From: an uncultured delta proteobacterium
GTDB lineage: Bacteria > Desulfobacterota > Zymogenia > Zymogenales > Zymogenaceae
Length of the DNA: 64,000 nucleotides
Direction of reading: 5' to 3'
Assembly (NCBI GenBank): GCA_963735595.1
Contig: CAVTLK010000001.1
Coordinates: 960,001 to 1,024,000 of the forward strand
A program made the translations under genes and the position numbers. Below the pieces are notes generated by a model that saw only the letters and a list, made by a program, of their open reading frames with translations, searched no databases and was not told the origin of the DNA. The first letter of the stretch is position 1, and each line of letters starts with the position of its first letter. Below, one piece after another: positions 29,071 to 40,246 of this stretch.

Positions 29071-30060
29071 ATGAAGCAGGCCGTCCGGTTATTCCTTCTC
29101 GCGCTGGTGATCCTGTCGATTGCCGGCTGCATCGAGGTCGTCTACGAGATCACCATCGACGAAAACGACGTAGAACATCTCACCACGCGGATGGGGATGC
29201 CGGCGCTGTTGGCCCCCTACCTGGGCGAGGTCATCACCGATATCCAGAACGAGGGATTTGTCGTTACGACCGAAACCCGGGGCGACAAGGTCTGGATCGT
29301 CGGTACCAAGGAGTTCGCGGCGGGGTCGTGGGATATACCGGCGCTGCCCAGCACGGTGACCATTACCTCCGTTGACAGGGACGTGTTCCGGGTGGATGAC
29401 TACGTCCTGTTCAAGAGATACACGCTTGACGTAGAGTACCGGTACCAGAGCAACGAATCGGGTACTCCGCCCGAAGGCGCCTTGCCACCCGGCGGCGGTT
29501 CGACGTACACCGTGCCGGTAACGTTCGTCGTGACCCTGCCCGGCAGGATCATGGATACCAACGCCCCTGAGCGGCAGGGCCGGGCGGCCGTCTGGAACTT
29601 CACCCTCGCGCCGAACGGTACGATCGCCATGAACCTGGTTGCCTATCAGCCCAACTGGGCGCTGGTCTCGGTCCTTCTGGCGTGCCTGGCGGTCTTTGCC
29701 GTAGCGCTCGTTATGCTGGCCGTCAGGTCGTCCAAATCGCGTACCGCCCCCCCGCCCCGTCCCCAGGATCGGCCGGCAACGGGCCCGGAAAGAACTGCTG
29801 CTGCGCCGGTGACGGGCGATCGGGTTCCGGGCGGCCCAACCTATCTCGTCACCCTGTCCTTGCCCGCCGATATACGGAAGGCCGAAAAGATCATCCAGAC
29901 GCTGGCAAAAAGCAGGAAGAAGACCACCGGCGAGATCATCGCGGAGCTCAAGGCGGGAAAACTGACGATCGGTTTCACCGATCACGCGCTCCTTGAAAAG
30001 AACCTCCCGATCCTGCGCGACGCGGGTTTCAACCCCAGGGTAACGGTCAGGGGGCGCTGA
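29071..30060 (+). CDS. LppM-like lipoprotein with TM segment and ribosomal L7/L12-like C-terminal tail
   Basis: Lipobox IAGC after start 29071; VTLPGRIMDTNA; TM; Pro-rich linker. Confidence 0.6.
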   Translation: MKQAVRLFLLALVILSIAGCIEVVYEITIDENDVEHLTTRMGMPALLAPYLGEVITDIQNEGFVVTTETRGDKVWIVGTKEFAAGSWDIPALPSTVTITSVDRDVFRVDDYVLFKRYTLDVEYRYQSNESGTPPEGALPPGGGSTYTVPVTFVVTLPGRIMDTNAPERQGRAAVWNFTLAPNGTIAMNLVAYQPNWALVSVLLACLAVFAVALVMLAVRSSKSRTAPPPRPQDRPATGPERTAAAPVTGDRVPGGPTYLVTLSLPADIRKAEKIIQTLAKSRKKTTGEIIAELKAGKLTIGFTDHALLEKNLPILRDAGFNPRVTVRGR

Positions 30061-30191
30061 TCCGTCCTGCCGGGATACGCCCGAACCGGTTACCTGACCG
30101 GGAGCCCCCCGCGGACGATCCCTCCGGCTCGGGTTTACCCCATATCCTTTTAAATAAAAATCGTTGCCGCCGCCGCCGCCGTATGATATGA

Positions 30192-30983
30192 ATGGTACTT
30201 TTGCGGGGTTACTTCATATCGATGTCCCAGCCGGAGATACTGCGCCACGACATACCCGATATCCTGTCGGCCGCCCTGATCCCGGGCAGGAAACGGCCTA
30301 TTAACGGGAAGCGCGGCGGTATCCACTGCGCCGACGCGCTGCTGATTTCCCGCGCCGTTCCGGTGCTCGCCGTGGCCGACGCCCCCGAGCGAAACCCCGA
30401 TGCCGCTTCGTCTTTCCTGAACAAGTTTGCCGACGCGCTGGCCGGCTCCCATATCCGCTTTGCGGAAAACCCCGTCGATGACTCCTTTGCGGCGGTCGTT
30501 GATCTGGTCTCCGCCCTGATGAAAACGATCGACTACCACGACAGCACGACCTTCTCGGCCCTGATCCCGATCAGGGAGGGCACCACACTTCGCGGTATCG
30601 TCCTGCATACGGGCGATTCGCTGATACTGCGCATCGAGCGCCCGGCGGGCGCCGTCACCCAGCTTTCCCGGACGAGCCACGTCCTCGTGGGGAGGGCGCC
30701 CGCCCTCTTCCAGACCGAGATCATCGGGTTTGCCCCGGACGACCTGATCGTTCTGGCGTCCGACGGCATCACCGATCTCGCGCGGACGCGCGGGATTGTC
30801 CCCGCGGCGCTGCTGTCCGCACGCGACTCGGCCCATACCCCCGGTATGGTCGTTTCGCATATCGTCGATTCCGCGGCCGAGACCGACGTCCGTCTTGACG
30901 ACATCACGATCGTCTGCGCCGCCCCGGGACCGCTTACCCTTCCCGTCGACGGTCCGTCCGGAAAACGCGTAATCCTCACGTAA
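30192..30983 (+). CDS. Divergent PP2C/SpoIIE-like phosphatase
   Basis: AVAD, HTGDS, LASDGI, DDITIV; start uncertain (30192 or 30222). Confidence 0.7.
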   Translation: MVLLRGYFISMSQPEILRHDIPDILSAALIPGRKRPINGKRGGIHCADALLISRAVPVLAVADAPERNPDAASSFLNKFADALAGSHIRFAENPVDDSFAAVVDLVSALMKTIDYHDSTTFSALIPIREGTTLRGIVLHTGDSLILRIERPAGAVTQLSRTSHVLVGRAPALFQTEIIGFAPDDLIVLASDGITDLARTRGIVPAALLSARDSAHTPGMVVSHIVDSAAETDVRLDDITIVCAAPGPLTLPVDGPSGKRVILT

Positions 30984-31054
30984 CCGAGAGCCCTTTTCTG
31001 CCGGCGACAAAACCTCTGCCGAGGGCCGGTGAAACAGCCCGTCTTGCTTTCCGT

Positions 31055-32128
31055 CTATTTCTTCTTCGGGTGATCCTCCAGCGGAAACCGGAGGGTTCGG
31101 GTGGGAAACGGTATCTCGATCCCCTCGGCGGCAAAACGCTCGTACAACCTCTTGATGAATTCGTGGATAACCAGGTACTGATCCGTATAGTGGCGGACGC
31201 TGAGTATAACATTGAAATTAACCGAGTACTCGGAGAGCCGGGTGAAACGAACCAGCGACTGGAACTCGCCGTTACCTCCGGGGACCTCTTTTAGGATTGT
31301 AGACGCCACTTCGAGGGTCACCCGTTCTACCTTAGCCAGGTCGCTTGTATAACTTACCCCGATCGGTACGATTACCGATAATTCCTCAACAGGCCGGGAG
31401 AAGTTCGTAAGTACGGTAGAGGAGAGCTTGTTGTTTGGAACGATGACGGCAGTGTTGGGAAGCGTCTTGATAGTCGTATTTCCCCAGTTGATATCGGTAA
31501 TATACCCCTCGCCGCCCGAATCCAGTTTGACGTAATCCCCCGGCTTGATCTTTTTTGAGGCGATGATCTGGATGCCGGCAAAGAGGTTGCTGAGAGTATC
31601 CTGCAGCGCGAGAGCAGCGGCAAGCCCACCGACCCCGAGGGCCGTCAGAATAGGTGTAATCGATATATTGAGGGCCGCCAAAGCGACCAGAACCCCGATG
31701 ACCAGAACAAGAATATAGCTGATATTCGTAAAAAGCGTCGTAGAGGGATACCCGACGCGTTTAAGCGAGAACCTGATAAAGCCGACGGAAATACGTGCCA
31801 CGACAATGGTCACCGAGATTATAACGAGTATGATGATGATCTTGTTGATGGCAACAGCATACTTATGTTTTAGGTGGAGTTCATCAACGGCATCATACAC
31901 CCCGGCGAGGGTAAACCAGAGGATACTCATTCGCCTGAAGGCCCGGATGATAAAATCATCAGGCCGAAAACGGGTCTTTCTGATGACCCGGTCCAATTGT
32001 CTGATGAGAATTACCTCTACGGCACATCCGATGAGAAAACCCCCGATCAAATGCGCCGCAGGTATGAAATACTTATGCGCGGTCAAGTATTTTAAGAAAA
32101 GCGGGAAATCCTGTATCAGTTGGTCCAT
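31055..32128 (-). CDS. Small-conductance mechanosensitive channel (MscS family)
   Basis: LGVGGLAAALALQDTLSNLFAG, VIVPN, IGVSY, GIEIPFP. Confidence 0.93.
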   Translation of the reverse strand: MDQLIQDFPLFLKYLTAHKYFIPAAHLIGGFLIGCAVEVILIRQLDRVIRKTRFRPDDFIIRAFRRMSILWFTLAGVYDAVDELHLKHKYAVAINKIIIILVIISVTIVVARISVGFIRFSLKRVGYPSTTLFTNISYILVLVIGVLVALAALNISITPILTALGVGGLAAALALQDTLSNLFAGIQIIASKKIKPGDYVKLDSGGEGYITDINWGNTTIKTLPNTAVIVPNNKLSSTVLTNFSRPVEELSVIVPIGVSYTSDLAKVERVTLEVASTILKEVPGGNGEFQSLVRFTRLSEYSVNFNVILSVRHYTDQYLVIHEFIKRLYERFAAEGIEIPFPTRTLRFPLEDHPKKK

Positions 32129-32373
32129 GGAACCCCTCCGTTGGCTGCGTGGACATCGGGCCCCTTACCCCGTGCCGAACCGGCGCGACCTCTGGCGTAT
32201 TGTAACGGGTTTGATCGAAAGTGTCAAAGCGTTTCACCGGCCGGCCGACACCCCTATTCCCGACGTCTTAACGAAACGAAAAATCCTTGATTTACATTTC
32301 GAAATAGCAGACAATAGTCCCATTGTTAAGAGGACCCGGATATCGGTAATTTGCTGACGATGGAGGATGAATC

Positions 32374-32871
32374 ATGGACGAAAAGATCAAGGGCGCCATG
32401 GAGCAGATCTATACGGGCGAGTCAAAGGCTCTGCTGCGGCTTCAGGTCTACGCGAAAAAGGCCGAGGAAGACGGATACCCCCAGATCGCCAGGCTCTTTC
32501 GGGTGATCGCGTTTTCGGAGTGGTTACACGGCAGCCGAGCGCTGAGGTATCTCAGGGAGATAAAGGGGACCGAGGAAAACCTGAAGCTCAGTTTCGAGTC
32601 GGAGACGAAGGTGGCGGGAGTCGCCTACGAGCAGTTCATCAAGATCGCCACGGAGCTGGACGACAACGCGGCGCTCACGATCTTCGCTCAGTCCCGTGAT
32701 GTGGAAGAAACGCATGCGAAGTTATACAAGGAAGCGATGAACCACTTCATGGAGGAGAAAGAGACGACCTACTGGGTATGTACCGTCTGCGGCTACGTGT
32801 CCGACGGCGTTCTGCCCGACGTATGCCCGGTCTGCCAGGCAAAGAAGGACAAGTTCGTGGAGTTTAAGTAA
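32374..32871 (+). CDS. Rubrerythrin
   Basis: GES...YAKKAEEDG, ExxH pairs, C-terminal CTVCG...CPVC. Confidence 0.92.
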   Translation: MDEKIKGAMEQIYTGESKALLRLQVYAKKAEEDGYPQIARLFRVIAFSEWLHGSRALRYLREIKGTEENLKLSFESETKVAGVAYEQFIKIATELDDNAALTIFAQSRDVEETHAKLYKEAMNHFMEEKETTYWVCTVCGYVSDGVLPDVCPVCQAKKDKFVEFK

Positions 32872-32892
32872 CAAGCGCGCCCAACCCGGACG

Positions 32893-32976
32893 GAATTAAG
32901 GGGACACCATACTTAATTCATTATACTCCTCGACTAAACGAAAGAACCGGAATTAAGTATGGTGTCCCCTTAATTC
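32893..32976. repeat. Perfect 27-bp inverted repeat with 30-nt spacer
   Basis: GAATTAAGGGGACACCATACTTAATTC (32893-32919) and its exact reverse complement (32950-32976). Confidence 0.9.
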
Positions 32977-32978
32977 TC

Positions 32979-33827
32979 CTACCTTGCGGCCTTTACCTCC
33001 GCGTTGCTCAACCCCAGTTCGAGCCCGTCTGACGCCCGGCAGCTGGCGATAAAGCCCGTAACGAACACCTCTTTAGCCTTTTCGATCGCGGCGATTTCCG
33101 GGCCCTTCCCGCTCACGGTGAAGAATATGCGCGTACGGACGGGCGATTTCGTGTCCGCCTCGGCCTCGAGGTACCGGCTCTCCCTCTCCGTTGGGAGAAA
33201 CGCATCGTAGAAAAACACCACCTTTTCGACCCTGTTGACCTGGAAGGTGCCCGACACGTTCTTACCGATGAGGCCTTCGGCAAGCTCACCCATCTTCGTT
33301 GTTTTTTCGGGATCGGCAAGCGCCGAGATATCCGAAATCTTCTTGTCGACCGACGCAACGTCTACCGTCTCCGCACCCGTGAACCGCTCCTCCGGCAGAA
33401 CGATCAGCGGAAGATCCGACGGAAGGCCGCCGACCACCGATAATCCCTCGGCCGGCTTCGGCGCGGGGGGGGGCGCAGGTTTTCCCGGAGCCGGCGGCGC
33501 CAGGGGACTTGGCCCGACGGAGATCCGTCCGGCGATAAAACAGAGGAACATACCGAAGATCAGCCCGAAGGCGACGAACAGCGTCTTGACCGTATCCTGC
33601 TTGTTTCCCTTCTGTTTCTTGGAGGGCGCCTTATTCGGCGCGCCCGCCTCAACAGGCGTCGACAGGACGCCCGGTTCCGCAAACTCGTCGGCCTCCATTT
33701 CCGGGATATCGGGGGTAACAAAGAATTTCTTCTTGCATTTCGGGCAGTTGACGGCGCTCCCCGATTCCGGGATCAGCCCGTCCTGGATCGTACCGGAATA
33801 ATCACAATGCGGGCAGGTTATCTTCAT
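32979..33827 (-). CDS. Zinc-ribbon (MJ0042-like) membrane protein
   Basis: MKITCPHC...VNCPKC, TM segment, Pro-rich linker. Confidence 0.75.
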   Translation of the reverse strand: MKITCPHCDYSGTIQDGLIPESGSAVNCPKCKKKFFVTPDIPEMEADEFAEPGVLSTPVEAGAPNKAPSKKQKGNKQDTVKTLFVAFGLIFGMFLCFIAGRISVGPSPLAPPAPGKPAPPPAPKPAEGLSVVGGLPSDLPLIVLPEERFTGAETVDVASVDKKISDISALADPEKTTKMGELAEGLIGKNVSGTFQVNRVEKVVFFYDAFLPTERESRYLEAEADTKSPVRTRIFFTVSGKGPEIAAIEKAKEVFVTGFIASCRASDGLELGLSNAEVKAAR

Positions 33828-34122
33828 ATTCGCTCCGTAATAAAGGCAACGGCACAACAAACGTGCCGCCGGGGCAGTGACGGTTGGCGAAAAATCCGCC
33901 GGTAAAATCGAGCGCCTTAACTATAACTAAATAACTTCGGAAAATCAAGTAAAGATTAATAATAGCCCACCGGGGACTCGTTTTCGTTCCTGTCCATAGC
34001 CGCAACCATCCGCCGGGAAACGCGACCCGCTCGACGGACGGCTCCAATTTCCTTGTATATTTACGGCCCGCACAGTATAATGGCCGGGATTTTTGTTGAC
34101 GCCGACCGCCGGAGGGTACGAC

Positions 34123-35475
34123 GTGAAGACAGCGAAAGTACCGATGATGTTCTGCCTTGTGGTCGCCCTTCTTACCGCTCATGCCTGTGCGTTCTATCCG
34201 GACACCGTGATCGTTTACGACCTGCCGGCCCCGGCAACAACAGGGCCATCCGCCCGCACCGACGGGGAATTCCTGGTACTGGTGTCCGTGACGGGCGGGG
34301 GGAGCCGGGCCGCGTTGTGGCATGCCGCCGTCATGAAAGAGCTCTACCGGCAGGTGAAGCTGCCGGACGGCAGGAGCCTCACCGACGAGATCGACTACAT
34401 CTCGAGCGTATCGGGGGGAAGCCTCTCATCGGCCTACTGGTGCCTTAACAAGCCCGAGGCCGACACGACCCACACGGACCCGTATGACGCCTTCTTCGAC
34501 GAATACCTGGCCGACATGCGCGTCAATATCGAGGCAAAAATGGCCGGCTCTCCCCTCACCTGGTACCGCTACCTTCTCTCGTCGGAGGATCGGGCCATCG
34601 TGCTCAAGGAGACCTTTGACGCGCTTTACTTCGGCCACAAGACCTTCGCCGAGCTTGCCGATCGGCAGCGCCGCGCCGTCGCGCCGGTCCTGATCGCCAA
34701 CGGGACCGACATGGAGACCGGTGCCAAGTTTCTCTTCACGACGCTGCCCCGCACCGATTTCGAGGTACGCCCCGAGCGGATCGCGGGCCGCTCAATGGAG
34801 TCTCTGGCCGAAAGCGACATCTCCTTTGGTGCGGACGTATTTAATGTCGTCACCCCCGGCGATATCGGCGTTTCGGTCATGGACATGGAGGTATCGCTCG
34901 CCGTGGCGGCGTCCTCTTCGGTCCCGCTGGTCCTGGGCCCGGTGGTGATGCGGGACAACAGGAAGTCGGCGCCCGGAAAAGATATCTACGTCCATGTGAG
35001 CGACGGCGGCGTCAACGACAATCAGGGACTGGTGACGCTCATAGAGCTCCTCTATAGGCTCGATGGGCGCGCCGAACGTGATGAAAAGAAATTCACGGGG
35101 GCCGTCGTCCTCATTGTCGACGCCAACCCCCGTATCGACCCGCGCTACTGTCAGGAATCGGTGAGGGCATTTTCGACCATCGAGATGATCGAGCGGTCCT
35201 ACTATACCTGCTTTCACCAGGGGCGCGCCTTCACCTTCCTGACGATCATGAACCTTGTCAGGGACGATCCCCGCCTCAAGGACGTTACCTTCGTCTACCT
35301 GTCGCCCTACCTGGCCGACGACCCCGCGATTTCTGATATCTTCACCCAAACGCCGACGCGATTTAAGATAACCCCGTCCCAGGCCGATGCCATCGAGCGC
35401 GCGGCCGGCATCGTCGTTGAAAGGGCCAGGGGGAAAATACTCGATCAATTACAGAGGAGTAATAGGGAACACTAG
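34123..35475 (+). CDS. Exported patatin-like phospholipase
   Basis: GGGSRA, SSVSGGS, AVAASSSVP, SDGGVNDNQG; GTG start behind GGAGG; signal peptide. Confidence 0.82.
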   Translation: MKTAKVPMMFCLVVALLTAHACAFYPDTVIVYDLPAPATTGPSARTDGEFLVLVSVTGGGSRAALWHAAVMKELYRQVKLPDGRSLTDEIDYISSVSGGSLSSAYWCLNKPEADTTHTDPYDAFFDEYLADMRVNIEAKMAGSPLTWYRYLLSSEDRAIVLKETFDALYFGHKTFAELADRQRRAVAPVLIANGTDMETGAKFLFTTLPRTDFEVRPERIAGRSMESLAESDISFGADVFNVVTPGDIGVSVMDMEVSLAVAASSSVPLVLGPVVMRDNRKSAPGKDIYVHVSDGGVNDNQGLVTLIELLYRLDGRAERDEKKFTGAVVLIVDANPRIDPRYCQESVRAFSTIEMIERSYYTCFHQGRAFTFLTIMNLVRDDPRLKDVTFVYLSPYLADDPAISDIFTQTPTRFKITPSQADAIERAAGIVVERARGKILDQLQRSNREH

Positions 35476-35597
35476 AAGGGAGCAATAGGAGGTCTGACGC
35501 ACCGGTCGGTTCAGGATAGGCACGCGGCTCATCCCCGGCATCAGGTTTCATAATAGATACTGTTTCTTTCATATCACTATCATAGCAGGAGACTTCG

Positions 35598-36965
35598 ATG
35601 AAAAAGGACAGCAGGCTCGGCGCGCCCCTGAAGATCGGGTACGGCGCCGGCGAGTTTTCAAGCTCCATATTCTTCACCGTCACTACCGTGGTTCTCATGA
35701 TCTTCCTGACCGATAACGTCGGGCTGTCGGCTACCCTTGCCGGTACGGCGCTCCTCGTCGGTAAGCTATGGGACGCCATAATCGACCCGGTCATCGGCTA
35801 CCTCTCCGACCGGACCCGCACGCGTATGGGAAGGCGCAGACCGTGGCTCCTGTTTGCCGCCATACCGTTTGCCATTGCCTTCGCTCAAATGTTCAGGAAC
35901 CCGGGGCTTTCCTCCCAGACGGCCCTTTTCTTTTGGACGATGCTGTCGTTCATTGCCCTTTCCACCGCCTACCCGTGCGCCAACATCCCGTACAACGCGC
36001 TGCTGCCCGACCTCACCCGTGATTTCGACGAGCGAACCTCGGTGACCGGCTACAAGACGGTATTTGCCGTCGCCGGGACCCTCATCGGCGCGGGGGCGGC
36101 GATCCCGCTCATCGGGCTTTTCGCCGATAAAGACGCCGGCTACTTTGGGATGGGAATCGTATTCGCGGTCCTCATCGTGATCTCCGTGCTCTCGCCCTTT
36201 TTTGCCGTCAAGGAGCCGCCGCTGCCGAAAAAGGTGGCCAGTCAGGGGATCTTTTCGTCCTATCGGGACGCGTTCTCCAACAAGCCCTTCGTCCTCATAC
36301 TGGTCGTCTGGATGCTCAACACGATCGGCGTCGGCGTGGTGATGGCCTCGATGATCTATTACTTCAAGTATATCTTCCTGAATGAGGCGCTCATCACCCC
36401 GATCCTCCTCGTGCTGGTCCTGACCGCGGTGCTGTTTGTCCCGATTACGGTCAAGATCTCTGAAAAGATCGGAAAGCGCGAGACCTATATTATCGGGATG
36501 TTCATCGCCGCGGCGGCAATCATGGCCTTTTCACTGGTCGCGCACATCATCGGCGTCGTCTACTCGGGTATCATTATCTTCTTCGCGGGGATCGGGTTTT
36601 CGACCCACTATATCATGCCCTGGTCCATCGTCCCCGATACGATCGAGTATGACTATTCCCGGTGCGGCACGAGGCGCGAGGGCATCTTCTACGGCCTGTG
36701 GGTCTTCGTGATCAAGGTGGGGGGGGCGCTGTCGGGGTTTATCGTGGGGTTCATGCTCGACGCCTTCGGGTATATCCCGAACCTCGTCCCCCAGCCGGAG
36801 GCATCGCTCATGGGTATCCGGCTCCTCATCGGCCCGCTGACGGCCGTCTTTTTCATCGCCGCCAACGTCGTGCTCTGGTTTTACCCGATCGACCGGAAGG
36901 CCTACGGCCAGATCATGGCAAAGATCAAGAAAATGGAGGCTGGCCGCGCCGGATCGCCTGCATAG
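35598..36965 (+). CDS. MFS transporter, glycoside-pentoside-hexuronide (MelB-like) family
   Basis: WDAIIDPVIGYLSDRTRTRMGRRRPW, PDTIEY, RREGIFYG. Confidence 0.9.
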   Translation: MKKDSRLGAPLKIGYGAGEFSSSIFFTVTTVVLMIFLTDNVGLSATLAGTALLVGKLWDAIIDPVIGYLSDRTRTRMGRRRPWLLFAAIPFAIAFAQMFRNPGLSSQTALFFWTMLSFIALSTAYPCANIPYNALLPDLTRDFDERTSVTGYKTVFAVAGTLIGAGAAIPLIGLFADKDAGYFGMGIVFAVLIVISVLSPFFAVKEPPLPKKVASQGIFSSYRDAFSNKPFVLILVVWMLNTIGVGVVMASMIYYFKYIFLNEALITPILLVLVLTAVLFVPITVKISEKIGKRETYIIGMFIAAAAIMAFSLVAHIIGVVYSGIIIFFAGIGFSTHYIMPWSIVPDTIEYDYSRCGTRREGIFYGLWVFVIKVGGALSGFIVGFMLDAFGYIPNLVPQPEASLMGIRLLIGPLTAVFFIAANVVLWFYPIDRKAYGQIMAKIKKMEAGRAGSPA

Positions 36966-37026
36966 CCGTGCTGCGGTAGTCATACGCGTCGGGCCGCTAT
37001 CGCCTGTAAAGCAGACAGAATAAACA

Positions 37027-37057
37027 GGGCCGTCCCATCCGGGACGGCCCCTTCTTC
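37027..37057. terminator. Terminator hairpin between convergent genes
   Basis: GGGCCGTCCC-ATCC-GGGACGGCCC. Confidence 0.6.
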
Positions 37058-37136
37058 TCGAGTCGATGCAACCGGGAATCTTGATCGAGGCTATCGGTGA
37101 CCCGGGCGGTGACGGAGTGTCACGCGCCGCCGCGTC

Positions 37137-40100
37137 TTATGCCGTTTTCTTTGTGAACCTATTCCTGATGTCCTCGATGATCATATAGAGACACGGGACG
37201 ACCAGAAGCGTCAGGGTCGTGGAGAAGATCAGGCCCCACACGACGACCGCGGCCATCGGGGTGAGCATGGACTCCCGGCCGCCGAAGCCCAGGGCCATCG
37301 AGAGGAGGCCGCCGATGGTCGTCACGGTTGTCAGGATAATCGGCCTGAGCCTCACCTTGCCGGACGCCACCACCGCGTCATACGCGCTCATTCCCTCTTC
37401 CCGCGAGCGGTTGATGAAATCGACCAACACGATCGCGTCGTTCACAACCAGGCCCACGAGCGCGACCACCGCGATCAGCGCGGTAATCGAGAGGTTCAGG
37501 TCCATGATAAAGAGACCGTAGACCACGCCGATAAACGAAAACGGCACCGCCGTCATGACGATCAGCGGCTGCAGGTACGACCGGAACAGCAGCGCCATGA
37601 TGACGTATACGATCAGTATGGACACCAGCAGGAGCTTACCGACGGATACGAGGGACTCCTGCGTATCCTCGAACTCTCCGCCATAGACGAAGCTGTATCC
37701 GGCGTAATCGGCGCTCCGTGTCCCGAAGGTCCGCATCAGCTCCTTATTAACATCACGCGAGTTCGCCTGCCCCTGGATGACGTTGGCATCAACCGTGATG
37801 GTCCGGTCACGGTCGGTATGGTTGATCCTGAGTAGTCCCTTGTCAAACACGATCTCGGCGATACTCTTGATCGGTATCCTGTCCCCGTTGGAATTGGGGA
37901 CGGAGAGATTCTGCAGGTGATCGATGGTGTCAAATCCGTCCTGATACTTCACGATGATGTCCATCTTCTCGTCGTTGCGGCGGATACTGCCCGCATCCGA
38001 GCCGGAAAACGCGGTCCTGAGCTCGCTTGCAACTGAAGAGACGGTCAGGCCCAGCTTTCCCATCTTGTACTCGTCAAAATAAAAGCGGATCTCCTCCTTG
38101 CCCAGGTCGTAGTCGTCGTCGACGTCGGTCACGCCCTTCATGCTTCTCAGTCTATTCTCGAAATCCCCGGCGATCTTCCTGAGGGTATCGAAATCCTCTC
38201 CCTTGATCTCCACCTCGACGGCCGATCCCCCACGCGGACCCCTTCCCTGCTCCTGGTACCGGATGGACATGACCCCCGGGATTTCGTCGGTCTGTTTTCT
38301 GAGATCGTTGATGATCGCGTCTGCCCCGACCTCCTTGTATCCGTGCTCGGTAAGCTCCACCTGGACCTCACCGGTATAGGCGGCCGTCCTGGCCATAAAG
38401 CGGTTCGAGGTGCTGCCGATCTTGGTCATCACGGCGGCGATTTCGTCGGCCGGGCGCTCGCGGAGCAGCATCTCAATTCGATTTGCCACCGCCTCGGTCT
38501 CCTCGAGGCTGCTGTCCACCGGCATCGTAATGCTTATGGTGAATTTCTCCGAGATGCCCTTCTCCTGGAAGACGACGCGCATGGTCAGCATCCCGAAGAC
38601 GACGGTAATGATCATCAGCCCCACCAGGCCGGAGATGACCAGATAGCGCCTTTTCACCAGCTTTTCCAGGAGCCTGCCATATGAATTTCTGACCTGCTCA
38701 AACCAATCCCAGAATGCCTCGCGCTTCTTGCTGATCCTCGTCTTCACCGACCTCTTGGACATGCCGAACTCGACCAGGTGTGACGGGAGCAGGACGAACG
38801 CTTCCAATAGCGACGCCGTGAAGACGACGACAACGACGGTAGGTATCGCGGTCATGAACCTGCCCATGAGACCGGTCATGAAGATCAGCGGGACGAAGGA
38901 GGCGATGTTGGTGAGCACGGCCGCCAGCACCGGCATCATCACCTCGTTGGTTCCCATGACGGCCGCGTCTTTGATGTCGTATTCCCATCTGGTAGTATCG
39001 GTATATGTTTTCTCCCGACGACGATTGCGTCGTCCACGACGATACCGAGCACCAACAGCATCGCGAACATGGAAAGGAGGTTGAGCGTCATCCCGTAGTA
39101 GTGCATGAAGATGAAGAGCACCAGGAAGCAGAATGGGATCCCCTGGGCCGCCCAGAGTGCCACCCGCGTATCCAGGAAGAGGTAAAGCAACAGTACCACC
39201 AGGAACATGCCGAGCAGCGCGTTTTGGAGCAGGGTCTTCTGGCGCTTGGCCACGTACTTCGATTCGTCCATCAGGGTTGAGATAGAGACGCCGGCCGGCG
39301 CGTAGGCCTCTTCCTCCTCGACGATCTCCTTGACCTCCTCGGCGATATTGATGATATCCCCGCCGGTCTTCTTGGTGACGCCGATATTTATGGAGCGTTT
39401 CCCGTTGAGCCGGTTGATTACCGTTTCTTCCGCATACGTCTCCGAGACCCTGGCGATATCGCCGATCCTGATGACGCCCTCGGACCGGGAGGCTACCACG
39501 ATCTTCGCGATATCGTCGGCCGTCTTCACCTCGCCGATCGCCCGGATCAGGAGGTCCTCCTCTTTCTCCTCCAGGGTACCGCCCGGGGACGTTGAGGTTT
39601 CGCTGCTTGATCGCCGAAACGATCCGTGAGAGCGTCAGGTTGGTCGCCTCCAGCTTCCGGGGGTCGACCTCCACCCAGAATTCCCGGTCCCGATATCCGT
39701 CGATGGTGACGGTGCTGACTCCGTCTATCAGCTCGAATTTATCCTTCAGCCGGTCGGCCGTCTCCCGCAGCGCCTCCTCGGAGACATCGCCGTATACGCC
39801 CGACGGTGATCACCGCGAATTCCGGCTCCATCTTGACGCACAGGGGATCGTCCGCGTCATCGGGGAGGTCGTATACCTTGTCCACCTCGTTTTTTACGTC
39901 GTTGAGCATCTGGTCAAGGGCCATGCCCCTGACGTCCAGATCGGCCTTAATAACGATCAGTGGACATGCCCTCGGTGCTTCGCGAGGTTATCTCGTCGAT
40001 CCCGTCCACGTCGGCGATGGCGTCCTCGATGGGCGTGGTGATGAGGTTCTCGATCTCCTCGGGAGAGGCCCCGGAATACGTGGTCGTGATCATGATGCGG

Positions 40101-40228
40101 CCGAAGTCGACGGAGGGGAACACCTCGCGGCCCAGTTGGGTCACGTAGATAATTCCGAAGACATAGACCAGGATGGTGATCAGGTTGGCAAAAATGGGGT
40201 TCTTGACCGAGAAATTCGTGATGGACAT
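37137..40228 (-). CDS. RND efflux permease (AcrB/CzcA-like), several frameshifts in the 5' 1.3 kb
   Basis: Pieces in ORFs 39947..40228, 39739..39924, 38939..39529 and 37137..39674; GIVVDDAIVV, GLVVNDAIVLV, RLRPIILTTVTT. Confidence 0.88.
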
Positions 40229-40246
40229 GGTGAACGCCTCTCCTGG

